A DNA stretch of 64,000 nt from the human T2T-CHM13v2.0 reference genome, Homo sapiens: NCBI RefSeq assembly GCF_009914755.1, contig NC_060926.1; one strand, given 5' to 3'. The position numbers were made by a program, and so were the translations under genes. The notes under the pieces are model-generated. The model worked only from the letters and a program-made list of their open reading frames with translations, ran no database searches and was not told where the DNA came from. The first letter of the stretch is position 1, and every line of letters begins with the position of its first letter. Positions 32,197-52,333 of this stretch are shown piece by piece.

Positions 32197-32717
32197 TGAA
32201 ATCCTGGCCTCAAGTGATCCTTGGCCTCCCAAAGTGTTGGGATTACAGGTGTGAGCCACCACTCTGGCCTTATAGGTAATTTAATGTAACAAAACTGTTC
32301 TCCAGACTGCACAGATTTCAAAGGAATGACTCACAGAGGTCAATTATCAATCAGGGAGTTTTAACAGTCTGTGAAGTTTAGCCAATCATATTCAAGCCCT
32401 GGTATATAATTAACACAAAGTACCTGCCCTAGAACAAATGGACCAACTCACAACAGCCATATGAGCAACTTGAATAAGTCTGGGCAAGCTGAAACCTCAC
32501 ATTAAGTATATACCAGAAGCAGTGTGACATTAGGGGGAAAAGTTGACAGTCCTGAGTTTCAGACTTGTTAGTTATGACAATAAAGTGACTTTATCTCTTC
32601 ACTTACAAAATGGTTTAAACATCTCCTTTACTACCTCATAGGGAGGCCTGGAGTATTGGAAGAAGTAACGAAACACCATGTATTTCACAATGAAATGAGC
32701 CTTATAAGTATACTCAC

Positions 32718-32832
32718 CCCGTATCGGGAGGCCAGAACCTGATTGACTGTAGCATCCACAGCTGCCAGTTTCACTTTTCCTTTCGTCTGCTCTTTTACTT
32801 CTGAAGCTGCGGCAGCCCACTCTGGCTCTAGG
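32718..32832 (-). CDS. PDIA6: PDIA6 exon 7 (115 nt)
   Basis: atag|CCTAGAG...TACGGG|gtgagt; [38 protein letters not shown]. Confidence 0.97.
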
Positions 32833-33793
32833 CTATAGAAAAATATTCGTTTTGTTTTGTTTCTTTGAGACACAGTCTCTCTCTGTTGCCCAGGCTGGAG
32901 TGCAGTGGTGCAATCATGGCTCCCTGCAGCCTCAATCTCCTGGGCTCAGGTGATCTCATTTCAGCCTCCAACATAGCTGGGACTACAGGTGTGTGCCACC
33001 ACCCACTGTTAATTTCTACATTTTTAGTAGAGATAGGGTTTCCCCATGTTGCCCAGGCTGGTCTCAAACTCCTGGCCTCAAGTGATCCACCTCACCAGGC
33101 CAAATACTTGCATTTTAACTTGCAGCCCAAACACCTTTCTTTTCTTTTCTTTTTTTTTTTAAGACAGAGTCTCCTTCTATTATCCAGGATGGAGCGCAGT
33201 GGTGTGAGCTTGGCTCACTGTAGCCTCTGCCTCCCACAATCAAGAGATTCTTGCACCTCAACCTCCCAAGTAGCTGGGACTACAGGCACACGCCACCACA
33301 CCCAGCCAATTTTTTTGTATTTTTAGTAGACATGGGGTTTTGCTATGTTGCCCAGGCTGGTCTCAAAGTCCTGACCTCAAGTGATCCGCCTGCCTCGGCC
33401 TCCCAAAGAGCTAGGATTACAGGTGTGAGCCACCATGCCTAGCCTATACTTTTTAACTGATCTGTGCATTTCTGCCCAATCCCCAATTATGTCACACCTA
33501 GAAAACATTTTGTGTGTGGCTTTACTAAAGATACAATGCTACCCTTCACATGAGCTTCCCATTCCACCACTGCCCCTAAATCCAGACATGAGCCAGTCCC
33601 TTGTTAATCTTTGGCAATAGGAGAGTGGAAGCTCTTGGCGCTAATGTCAATGTTTAATATTCACTTAGAGTCAGAGTTTTGCTGGAAGAGATCTTAGTGG
33701 TGATCTATTATCTACTTCAGCTCTTTCAAAATAAGCTAATGAATGTACTGAAAACACTGTGAATGAACAGACTACTTAGTAGAAGGCACTTAC

Positions 33794-33924
33794 TTTTTGC
33801 AGTGTCCACACCAAGGAGCATAGAACTCAACCATCCAAACATCTTCACTGTCCAGAACATTCTTATCAAAGCTGTCGTCTGTCAGCTCAATCACATCCTT
33901 CTTACTTGAACTATCACTTCTGCC
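33794..33924 (-). CDS. PDIA6: PDIA6 exon 6 (131 nt), second WCGHC
   Basis: acag|GGCAGA...AAAAA|gtaagt; [43 protein letters not shown]. Confidence 0.98.
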
Positions 33925-35094
33925 CTGTCATTTATGACATTAAACATCAAACAATTGGGCCAAGAAGAACACTTTTCCTGTTTTAAATAATAACACTACT
34001 GCTACATCTTAACAAAGTTTTAGGGTTTTTCTTTAGTGAATAAAATAGTGAAAACGGTTGTATTCAAATTGGGTACATTCCTCAGCACTGTAATTTTTGC
34101 TTGGCAAATAGTCTTTTACTTTCAAGTAATTATCAATACATTCAGTACAACACATAACCTGTACCTGAATGCTGTCACCAGCTATTTTTAGAGAGAAACC
34201 TCAACATGGCTCAAAAAACCACCTGAACAACACTGTTCTAATTCAGACTCAAGTACAGCTGCTGCTTCATCCTAGGATGTTATGTTACATCTTTCATAGA
34301 CAAAGTCCCTACCAGTCAACAGAGCTAAAAATAACACTTAATCCTTTTCTTTTTTCGAAGAATGTTCTTCAGTACTAAATCTAAGAAGCAGTCAGCATTG
34401 CTTTCTGTTGCCAGGCAGGGTGCAGGGGGCCAGGCAACTATGCTCATTAAATGTCTAAGTTTAAAATAAAAGGCAAGAGCATGAAATCTCTGGGTAAGCT
34501 CTGAGCCTGTATAAAGAAGCTAGTGTAACTGGTCTCCTAAAAGTAAAAGCCCATTTAATATTGATAGATCTTCAAGTTTGTCTTTTCACAAGAACATCAG
34601 TGTAAGCTTCACATTTCACATAAGGGCATCTAAAACACCAATCTGCTCCTCTCTCTCTCTCTTCTTCCCTATCCATTTGTGTAGAATTTTCCATGGATTT
34701 GGGGCTGACTGCCACAGATACAGGCCAAGAGGTAATCCAATCTCATCACGGTTTGCCAAAGCCTACCTAGAGGAAAACCCGTCCATCCCATCCCCACTCT
34801 GGACCTACAAGTGCCATGGGATGCCAGCACGTGGCTCCTGGGCCTGGTACTTGGACTGCAGGTGTGGCAAGAGGCCCTGGGACTGACTGGCTTTGGCAAC
34901 AGCAATTCTGAGGAGGCCAAATGAGCAGGCTGGAGGGCTGGTTCCCTCTGGGATCGGTGGATCCAATCCTCTATTATTCTTTAATTGAGAGTTCACCACT
35001 TTAACATACTGTTAAAAAACAACTATCTTATACAAGGTATCCACTCTGGCTTCAAAATTATGACACATTAAAAACTGACATTTTATGGTCTTAC

Positions 35095-35201
35095 TTGTTT
35101 TCCAGAACTGTATCCTCCGCTCCGTCCCCCGAGGCGATCCTTCACGAGCTGGCGCAGAGCACTCAGCGCAGCATCTACAATGGCTTCACCAGTTCTGCCA
35201 C
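35095..35201 (-). CDS. PDIA6: PDIA6 exon 5 (107 nt)
   Basis: gtag|GTGGCAGA...AAACAA|gtaaga; [35 protein letters not shown]. Confidence 0.97.
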
Positions 35202-35336
35202 CTACAGGAGACGGAAGGTAGGCGGTCCTCAGCCCGGCCTTCAGCAAGTGCCTCATCTGGCCCGGCCCAAGACTGTGTCTTTACCTCACTGTCGGCTTCA
35301 CCAGGTGTGACACAGTTCTGACACGTGTATCTCTGA

Positions 35337-35675
<339 letters not shown>

Positions 35676-36338
35676 TAAGTTTTACGTAGTGTGAACGAAA
35701 ACTCCCTGCTCAAACACCATCTCCTAATGAGAATAACTCACAAATGTTTACCGAACATGAACATGGATGAATAAGAAGCTTAATATCTAGCTGAGAAAGC
35801 AGGGGAATTTCCCAAATAAAAAAGGAACAATTTCTGTGAGATACCAGATAGAAAAGATGGAAAAAGTAGGTATGAGGTGTCTTTAAAGCCAAGTAACTGG
35901 AAACCATTCCAGGCTTCTTTTTTTCTATCTTGCTTGAAACAGTTAAGCTGAACTTAATCCTAATATAAGTAACAAATCTGCATTAAAACTCAAAGAGGCA
36001 AGATGATAATAGTCTTTGGAAGTTCACCAAAAACTTATTTGCTCAAGACAGTCAGGGGCTATTAACTAACACAGAAGTACTGGAATAACATATGCCATCT
36101 GCTTTCTTCAGTTTAAAGGCAAAACTAGATCTAATAGAATCTCTTTAGAAAGTTCATTTTCTGGCCAGCTGTGGTGGCTCACGCCTGGGATCTCAGCACT
36201 TTGGGAGGCAGAGGCACGTGGAACACCTGAGGTCAGGAGTTCAAGACCATCCTGCCCAACATGGTGAAACCCTGTCTCTACTAAAAACACAAAAATTAGC
36301 TGGGCGTGGTGGTGGACATCTATAATCCCAGCTACTCA

Positions 36339-36497
<159 letters not shown>

Positions 36498-36664
36498 TCA
36501 AACTCCTGTACTCAAGTGATCCTCCCACCTCAGCCTCCCAAAGTGCTGGGATTAGAGATCTAAGGTGTGGCAGCCGGCCTTTTTTTCTGCCCAGGAAGAG
36601 AAACTTTTGAGAACACACCAGACCTGACACAAGAAACAAAATATAGGCCGGGTGCGGTGGCTCA

Positions 36665-36982
<318 letters not shown>

Positions 36983-37169
36983 TCAGATAATCTTGCACTG
37001 TATCGCTGGCTGAGCCTACCAAGTATGTCACTTGATAACACAGAAGGGCAAGGCCTCAACATGAAACAGCCTCTGCTCCTTATCTATGTCAGGTATTTCC
37101 GTCATCTGAACCACTGCCCCTTCCCCGAGTCTTTATCTGGACATATGCCAAATCATGAAGTATACTAGG

Positions 37170-37320
37170 AAAAAAACTTTTCAGCGTTTTGGGCCATACT
37201 GTCTATTGCAACTACTCAATTCTGTTGTTCCAGTGCAAAAGGAGCCAGAGACAATATGTTGACAAACAGGCAGGGCTGTGTTCCAATAAACTAAATTTAT
37301 AAAAACAGCAGCAGACTGAC
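37170..37320 (+). mobile_element. MER58A-like hAT remnant
   Basis: gcaactactcaattctg...ggctgtgttccaataaac. Confidence 0.65.
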
Positions 37321-38080
37321 TGCACTAAAAACATGTGCATTTTCATAAGTGAGGAAAACTAAAACAAATTATTATTCAAAGGCAGAAAAGCAGGTGTTTA
37401 CTCAGGGGAAAAAAAAGTCTCTCCCTAGAACTTTGGAGCTGGGGAGCCTAGCAGAGACAACGTGTCCAAGGCCACATCTTCATCTTCAGACGAAGACGAA
37501 GACGAAGATGAGCCCTCCAGCCTCGAGATTTGCCAACGACACATATTTGCCAAGTATTTGTCTCATATGCTTTATGTGTACTATTTCAATTAAGCTTCTG
37601 GTACCTTAAAATAGGTTTGCACATCCCCATTATACAGAGAAGCAAGACACTAAGTACTGTTTAGTTACGACGCTGGAGTATGGAGAGGCTAGCAGCCAGG
37701 CAGCCAGGATGGGCTGCCTTCCCAGCTCACACACGACAGATTCTGTACCCCTCACCCCTACCTTCCCTGCCTTCTATTAGCTGGACTCAGGCAAGTCACC
37801 GATGACAGACAACTCTTTTACTATGATGTTGATGCTGCCACCCAACCCATGAGCTGATACTGCTCACATAAAGCAAAACCTAAGATGACAAAGTTCAGTC
37901 ACTCATATGTTCCATATAAATCTTCAACAAAAACCTTTACCAAATTAGTCATAATTTCAGCTTCAAACAAATTATGCCCAATACTTTTACTAGCACTATG
38001 GATCTGGCCCAACCCAGCAACTCTGATTATCTTAAATAGAATAATCTGTTTGTGATATCTTTTTTTTTTTTTTTTTTTGA

Positions 38081-38257
<177 letters not shown>

Positions 38258-39079
38258 TAGCCAGGATGGTCTCGATCTCCTGACCTCGTGATCCGCCCGT
38301 CTTGGCCTCCCAAAGTGCTGGGATTACAGGCATGAGCCATCATGCCCAGCCCGTTTGTGATATCTTAATTAAATAACAAGACAATTCTCTAAGAGTGTGG
38401 TGCCTGTAATCCCAGCTACTTGGGAGGCTGAAGTAGGAGGACTGCCTGAGCCTAGGAATTTGAGTCCAGGCTGGGCAACACAGCAAGACTCTGTCTCTTA
38501 AAAAAAAAAAAAAAAGAAAAGAAAAAAAGAATAGTGTGGCTGAAATAACATTTAGTCTTGGGAGGGTGAAACCTGAATTCTTTCTTTAGTTGCCTCAGTG
38601 GCTCACAGCAGACACTAACAATTTACTTATCTACAAAACAGAATTTGTGGTATCCATTTATTATTGACAGTTTAGGAGACTAAGACTCTCAAATTACAGT
38701 CTCCTTTTCCATAGTGTTATGTTAGACCCTTTTCCTACAGTAAAGGGAAGAGAGATTAGAGCAAGAAAATACATGTAGATCTTTATTAAATACAAGTGAC
38801 TGTAATGAGAAAGACAACAGGGTAGCACAGAACACTATTTTCTATCATTGCCAATGTAGCATAGACCTAAGCAAGCGTTAAGTGATGAGACAAACCTGTG
38901 TGACACATATTTCATCTTCAGAATGACTCGGAGGGTATAGGAATCACTGTGTACCATTTATAGATAATTCAGGTACAATGAGGTTGAGAACCTTGCAGGT
39001 AGAGCAGGTTCTCAAGCTTGTTAAAGAACAGTAGGTTCTTGTCTACCAGGGGAATGAAGTAGCTAGGAAAAGTCCTTAC

Positions 39080-39206
39080 CTTGGTAATCTTCTGGTCTGT
39101 TTTTGTTGGATCCAAAAATCTTAATGGTAGGAAATCCCTGAACACCATACTGACCTCCTAGGGAATGATGCTTATCTGCATCAACTGCACCAACTTTGAC
39201 AACATC
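39080..39206 (-). CDS. PDIA6: PDIA6 exon 4 (127 nt)
   Basis: acag|GATGTT...CAAG|gtaagg; [43 protein letters not shown]. Confidence 0.97.
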
Positions 39207-39698
39207 CTGTGGAAATGTAAAAGAAATAACAATTTTTCCTTCCGCTAAAGCAGACTCCACAAGAACTCATTATCTGCTTCACATAGACTCAGAAAAAGGT
39301 AATAAAGCACAGGGTGCAGTTTGCAATCAGTCAATAAGGGCTTTAGCCTTGAACACCAGAAGAGAATCTAAATGGAATGATGGGGGAAATCAAAGCCCAT
39401 GGAGGGAACTCTGCAGCTCACAGAATTGGCAGGGCTGAGAGTAACTGTCATTTATCTGGGAAAAACAATAAACAAAAACAGGCAATGTAAACATTTAAAT
39501 GTGTATTATCCCCTTGTTCTCAGTATGATTTTGACAACAGAACCAGTATTTTCAACTCTGATATGCAAACTAGCTTCCCATTGAACATTAAACCATCTGC
39601 ATACTTATTACTTAAACATACACAGGTGAATATGGACATCTTAGAAACTTACTGTAAAAAAAAGTTTTGTAAGCCTTTTGCATTCCTAAGAAACTTAC

Positions 39699-39756
39699 TT
39701 TTAATGCAGTTGCTGCTTTCTTCCATTCTGGTGTTAATCTTTGACAGTGACCACAC
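39699..39756 (-). CDS. PDIA6: PDIA6 exon 3 (58 nt), first CGHC
   Basis: aaag|GTGTGGT...TTAAAA|gtaagt; [19 protein letters not shown]. Confidence 0.97.
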
Positions 39757-40358
39757 CTTTTGGGGGAAGACAACACAAAGCAACCATTAAAGCCTTTGAT
39801 TCTCAATTCAAAAAATTCAAAAATTCAATTAAAAAACCCCATCAATGGTCTATTGAATGAGATGCCTGCAAAGAGGACAAGCACAAATAAAACAGGATCA
39901 AGGCCGGGCACGGTGTCTCACGCCTGTAATCTCCAGTACTTTGGGAGGCCGAGGAGGGAGGATCACTTGAGGTCAGGAGTTTGAGACCAGCCTGGCTAAC
40001 ATGGTGAAACCCCGTCTCTAATAAAAATACAAAAATTAGCCAGGCGTGGTGGTGCACGCTTGTAATCCTAGCTACTGGGGAGGCTGAGGCACAAGAATCA
40101 CGTGAACCCAGGAGGCAGAGGTTGCAAGAGCTGAGATCATGCCGCTACACTCCAGCCTGGGCAACAGAGTGAGATTCTGTCTCAAAAAATAAAAATAAAA
40201 ATAAATAAGTAAAATAGGATCAGCAACCTGGATGAACTCACCATTTTATTACTTACAACAATCACTTTTCATATCATCCTAATAAAAAAGCTTCCAGCCA
40301 GGTGCAGTGGCTCACGCCTGACTTTGGGAGGCCAAGGCAGGCAGATCACTTGAACTCA

Positions 40359-40604
<246 letters not shown>

Positions 40605-42213
40605 TCAATTAAATCACATTTAAACTCTATAATTTACAACTCTACACCCTCAACAAGCCCTTTAGAATCTATCTGGTCCAATGTGCTTCACTGTGTGGAG
40701 CTGAAAGCCTAGGCACGATGCAGATTCTTGGGGTCCACAAACCCAAACTTCCTAGTGGAAGAAGTGCATTTTATTAAGTTCTGCTAGTGATTCTTAAACC
40801 TACTGGGGTTTGATAGTCTCTAGTCCAACTTTTTAATTTTATATATGAAGTATCTGGCCCAGATCAACTATGCCTATATCTCAATACTTTCTGGGTCCCG
40901 CAAATTGCTTCTGGACTTAGAAACACATGCATAAACCCACGTTAGTGAGCCTAACAAGCCGAAAAGCATGACGTGACACCACAAGATGGCGATGTGAGTG
41001 AATGACTGAGGTGGGGGGAGGCAGGGAAAGCGGAAGAGAGTGGGGAGAGGAGGAGAGAAGAGAACACAAGGAAAAACAACCTTAACCTTGCAGGTACTAT
41101 TATTGGGAAATACAACACAGAAAAGCGCTTTTAAAAAATTACATGTGCGTAAACCTATTAGCCCTTACCACTCATTGAGGTTGTAGGTAGCTATACTGTT
41201 TATTTTTATTGCTGTGTAACATTCACTGTATGCAGACACCATAGTTTATCCATTGGTGATTTAATGCATTTTTAAAAACAAAGTAAATTCTCTTCTAATT
41301 AGGTCTCTAAGAACCAAATGCACAAATGCTAGGTGCCAGCACCATGATGAAAACACTTATAGATGACTTCATTTAATCAGCATGAAGCTGAGGGCAGGTC
41401 CTCTTGTTATTTCATTTTACAGATGATGGAATTGATGTTGAGAAGAAATTTACCCAATATCACAGCCATCCAGTGTCAGAGCTGCCTGACAAGTTTTTGA
41501 TTCCAAACACTACAATCATACAGGTAGAAGTCGTAATTATTATGTAACTGAGTATTGGGGCCTAAACTCAATCCCAGTATCTGAAGTTAGGGTCTATCGG
41601 GGGAATGTCCTGAAATGCTACTTCTACATATTTACATACAGTATGTTTTGTTGTTTAGGTGAGATACTAAAAAATTCAGAAGTCAGATTTTTACAGGGTT
41701 TTGTGCCTCTTTAATTTCAGTTTAAGAAAGGAGGACTAAATTCAGAGACTGTCAGAGTTCATCCTCTCTTCTATTTGATCTGCACATACATCATAATGCC
41801 ACATACATATAAATATGGCATACAGTCTACCCAGGGGTTCTGCAACTGGGGTCCAGACTCCCAAAGGGCTGGTGGATAAAAATTTTGGGAATCCCTTTTA
41901 GGAAAAAAAAGAAAAAAAAAAAAAAAGAATAAATCTGAAGCCAAGGTGGCCTTTTAGGAAAAATTTAGGGGAGGGAGTCTATGAATTTGGATGAAAAAAA
42001 AGTCTTTATTTTCACTAATCTGTAATCGAAATTTAGAATTTCCTTACGAATGTAAACAACACTCCACAGTCAATTATTGTGACTTTATCATGAATGAAAA
42101 TCACAGCTGTTTTCATGATCGCCACTATAGTTGCTGCAGGTATCTTCAAACATCATTTATGCCCATCACTATTCAGAATTATTGCAGCTGTCAAGCCTGC
42201 TGCTGGATCTTGG

Positions 42214-42452
42214 TACCGGTTTAGCATCTCTATTCTAAAAACCCACAACCTGAAATGTTCCAAAATCCAAAACTTTCTGAGCGACAACATGACACTCACA
42301 GGAAACAGTCACTGGAGCATTTCAGATTTTGTATTCTCAGATTACGGATGCTCTACAGCTAAGTATTATGCAAATCTTCCAAAATCTGACAAAATCCAAA
42401 ATCAGAAACACTTCTGGTCCCAAGCATTTCAGATAAGAGATGTTCAACCTGT
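42214..42452. mobile_element. Tigger4a/Zombi-like MITE
   Basis: ccaaaatcc repeats; ends gataagagatgttcaacctgta. Confidence 0.75.
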
Positions 42453-42599
42453 ACTTACTGTTCTTGTAAAGTACTACATTAACATCAAAATTTTAATATT
42501 TCAATAATCACATTTCCATACTTTAGGTTTTTTTTTGCGATTCTATAAGCTTTATTTAAACGTGAAGGTTTGATTTTGATTTTTTTTTTTAAAGGAGAT

Positions 42600-49087
<6,488 letters not shown>

Positions 49088-50719
49088 ATACAAAAATTTG
49101 CTGATTACCTCTAGAACAAGGTAAATAATGGAATATCCTCAGACTATTCTTGACTTCAACAAGGTTTTCCTATTTGCATCATGCTGGCTTTTGGATTGAA
49201 ATAAATACACTTTTTAATTTTTTTTGAGAGAGGGTCTTGATCTGTCACCCAGACTGGAGTGCAATGGTGCAAACACAGCTCCCTGCAGCAGCCCTGACCT
49301 CCTGGGCTCAAGTGATCCTCCCACCTCAGCACCCCCAGTAGCTGGGACTACAGGTGCATCCCTGGCTAACTTTTAAATTTTTTGTAGAGACAGGGTCTCC
49401 CTGTGTTGCCCAGGCTGGTCTCAAGTGATCCTCCTGCCTCTGCCTCCCAAAGTGCTGGGATTACAGGTATGAGTGACCACGCCAGGCCAAAATGTACTTA
49501 CAATGTTAACGAAATTTCTATCTATTCCTGTCTTTTCAGCATCTCTGAAGTTGATCATATCATTTCTTCCTTTTAATTTGTTGATATAGCAAATTATAAG
49601 TGAGACTGGCCTGTGTTCTCAAGTAGTGTGTGTACATGCCATCTTAGTTACATTTTCACATGCTTGCTTCACAATTAGAATTTGGAAGATTTCAAATGGA
49701 CCTTTTTGGAATAACTAAATGGTACACTTTTTCTGGAAGGAGTGTACACCATTGTTCATTGTTTTACTGCTAAATCCTCCATCATACAACACGTTCAATT
49801 TTTCAAATCACTATCAAATGTTAGATCACTTAATTTTTGACAGCATTACTAACTAGAAAGTAGGACTTATCCCCATTTTGTAAATAAAGGTCTAGACCAA
49901 ATGGCCCATCTATGGTCATACATATAAGGGGCAGGGCAGCTCTCCATTTCCAAGCTTTTCCTATTACACCATGCTGTCTTTTTAGTGCTCAAGATAAAGT
50001 GGTTCTGTACGCTATAGGTATGAATGAACAATTATGGTATTCAAGATTTACACTGCATTTGAATCACAGATATAGCCAATACTGTAAGAACTTATAAAAC
50101 TGTTAATTTTACTAATAGTGAAGCCACTAAAGGGTTATCATTCAGAGGAAAGAATAGATTTATGCTTTCTAGAAGGAGTATTCCAGTTGCCATGTGGAAG
50201 GTGGATTGGGAGAATTATCCAGAGTGGTGTCACATAAACCAAGATACATGTGGAAGGGGCCACACTAACAAATGCTACTGGGAGATAAAGTAGCAAAGAC
50301 TTAAAACCATCTACTGATTGGATTTAGTGACAAAGAAGTCACTGGGAGCCCTGGCAGTTGTGGTGGAGTGAAAATAACAGGCATGCAGTCTGCAGAAGGT
50401 TGGAGAGAATATAGGTAACTCTTTAAGCAGGTTTCATTATAGAGACCAGAGGCAGGCAAATGTAGAAAACAAGGAAGGTTTTCTTTGAAGATGGGAGTGA
50501 TCTAGGAGAGGAAGACATATGCAGTGGGAGAGGCCAAAGATAAAATACAGGGAGTATCTGAATAAAATGCCCAGAGTCAGAAGAGGAGCGGGAACCCAGT
50601 CAGTGATGGAGTAGCCTTTGATAGGATGATCTCCTTTTCCATTTCAAGAGGTGGGAAAGGATGCCTGTGAATGGATGCCAGGCTAACCAAAGCGGGGCTG
50701 CTCTCTCAGTAACAGGTTA

Positions 50720-51270
<551 letters not shown>

Positions 51271-51643
51271 CATTAATCTTTTCACTGCTGCAGAAAAGGT
51301 GAAGTAGAGTTTGACACGTTTAACAAAGCCAAGTAAATCAAGAACATAAGCACTGACAGTCCTAACTCTGAATAAGCTTGAAAGTAAGACTAAGGCTGGG
51401 TGTGGTGGCTTAGGCCTGTAATCCCAGAACTTTGGGAGGATGAGGCGGGTGGATAACCTGAGCCAGGAGTTTGAGACCAGCCTGGGCAACATGGCAAAAC
51501 TCCATCTCTTGTAGAGAAAAAATATGAAATACAAAAATGCAAAAATTAGCTCGGTATGGTAGGGTGCATCTGTAGCCGCAGCTACTCCAGAGGCTGATGT
51601 GGGAGGATTGCTTGAGCCTGGGAGGCAGAGCAAGACCCGGTCT

Positions 51644-51677
<34 letters not shown>

Positions 51678-52245
51678 CAAAAAATAGGATAATCTTCTAC
51701 AGAGATGTACTACTTTTAAAGAACTTTATCTTTTTTGTAAAATCGATATGAATTTGGTACTTGCTCAGTACACTGAGCCTATTGTGAAATTTTCAAAAAT
51801 GGAAAAGCAAAAGAGTAAGTTACAGATATTTTCTACTTAAGAATTTTAAAATTACTCCAATGTAACCATTTTTAATGGCTGAACCATTTAGTCAATCCAC
51901 TACTGACTGAATTTTGATTGTTTCCAGTTTTTCACTAACAGCCCAGCAGGGAAAATTCTTATATTTTCCTCCTCCCCTCAAACTAGTATGACTGTTTCAA
52001 GAGAAATTCTTATAAGAGAGATCTGGGAGTATGGCTAACATTCTGAGATACCTGTCACACTATGCTCCAGAAACTGGGGTCTTTATTTCTGGCGAGACAA
52101 AACAGTAACACTTGCGTGACTCTGTATCAGGCATTTTTCTAAACATTTTGCATATATTAAGTCATTTAAGAACCCTATGTGGTATGTGTCATGGTGCCCA
52201 TTATTTCACAGACCAGGAAACTTTAACACAGAAAGGATAACTTAC

Positions 52246-52333
52246 CTAAGATCATATAATTAGATAGACCCAAATTTCTAACCGAAGGGCTGGAGAATGC
52301 AGGGGTATAATCCACAGAGCATCATTAGGTAGA
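52246..52333 (-). other. PDIA6: Candidate alternative PDIA6 exon (MIR-derived donor) ending in ATG ATC TTA G (MIL-G), in frame with exon 2
   Basis: ctaattctgccacag| ... ATGATCTTAG|gtaagt; perfect donor inside a MIR core. Confidence 0.55.

Noticed and set aside
37474-37510. Short hairpin / (GACGAA)3 repeat as a miRNA or structured RNA
   Set aside because: Stem is too short and explained by simple-repeat slippage.
38984-39015. Inverted repeat ttgagaacct...aggttctcaa near PDIA6 exon 4
   Set aside because: Resembles juxtaposed hAT/MER5-type termini; too short to assign function.
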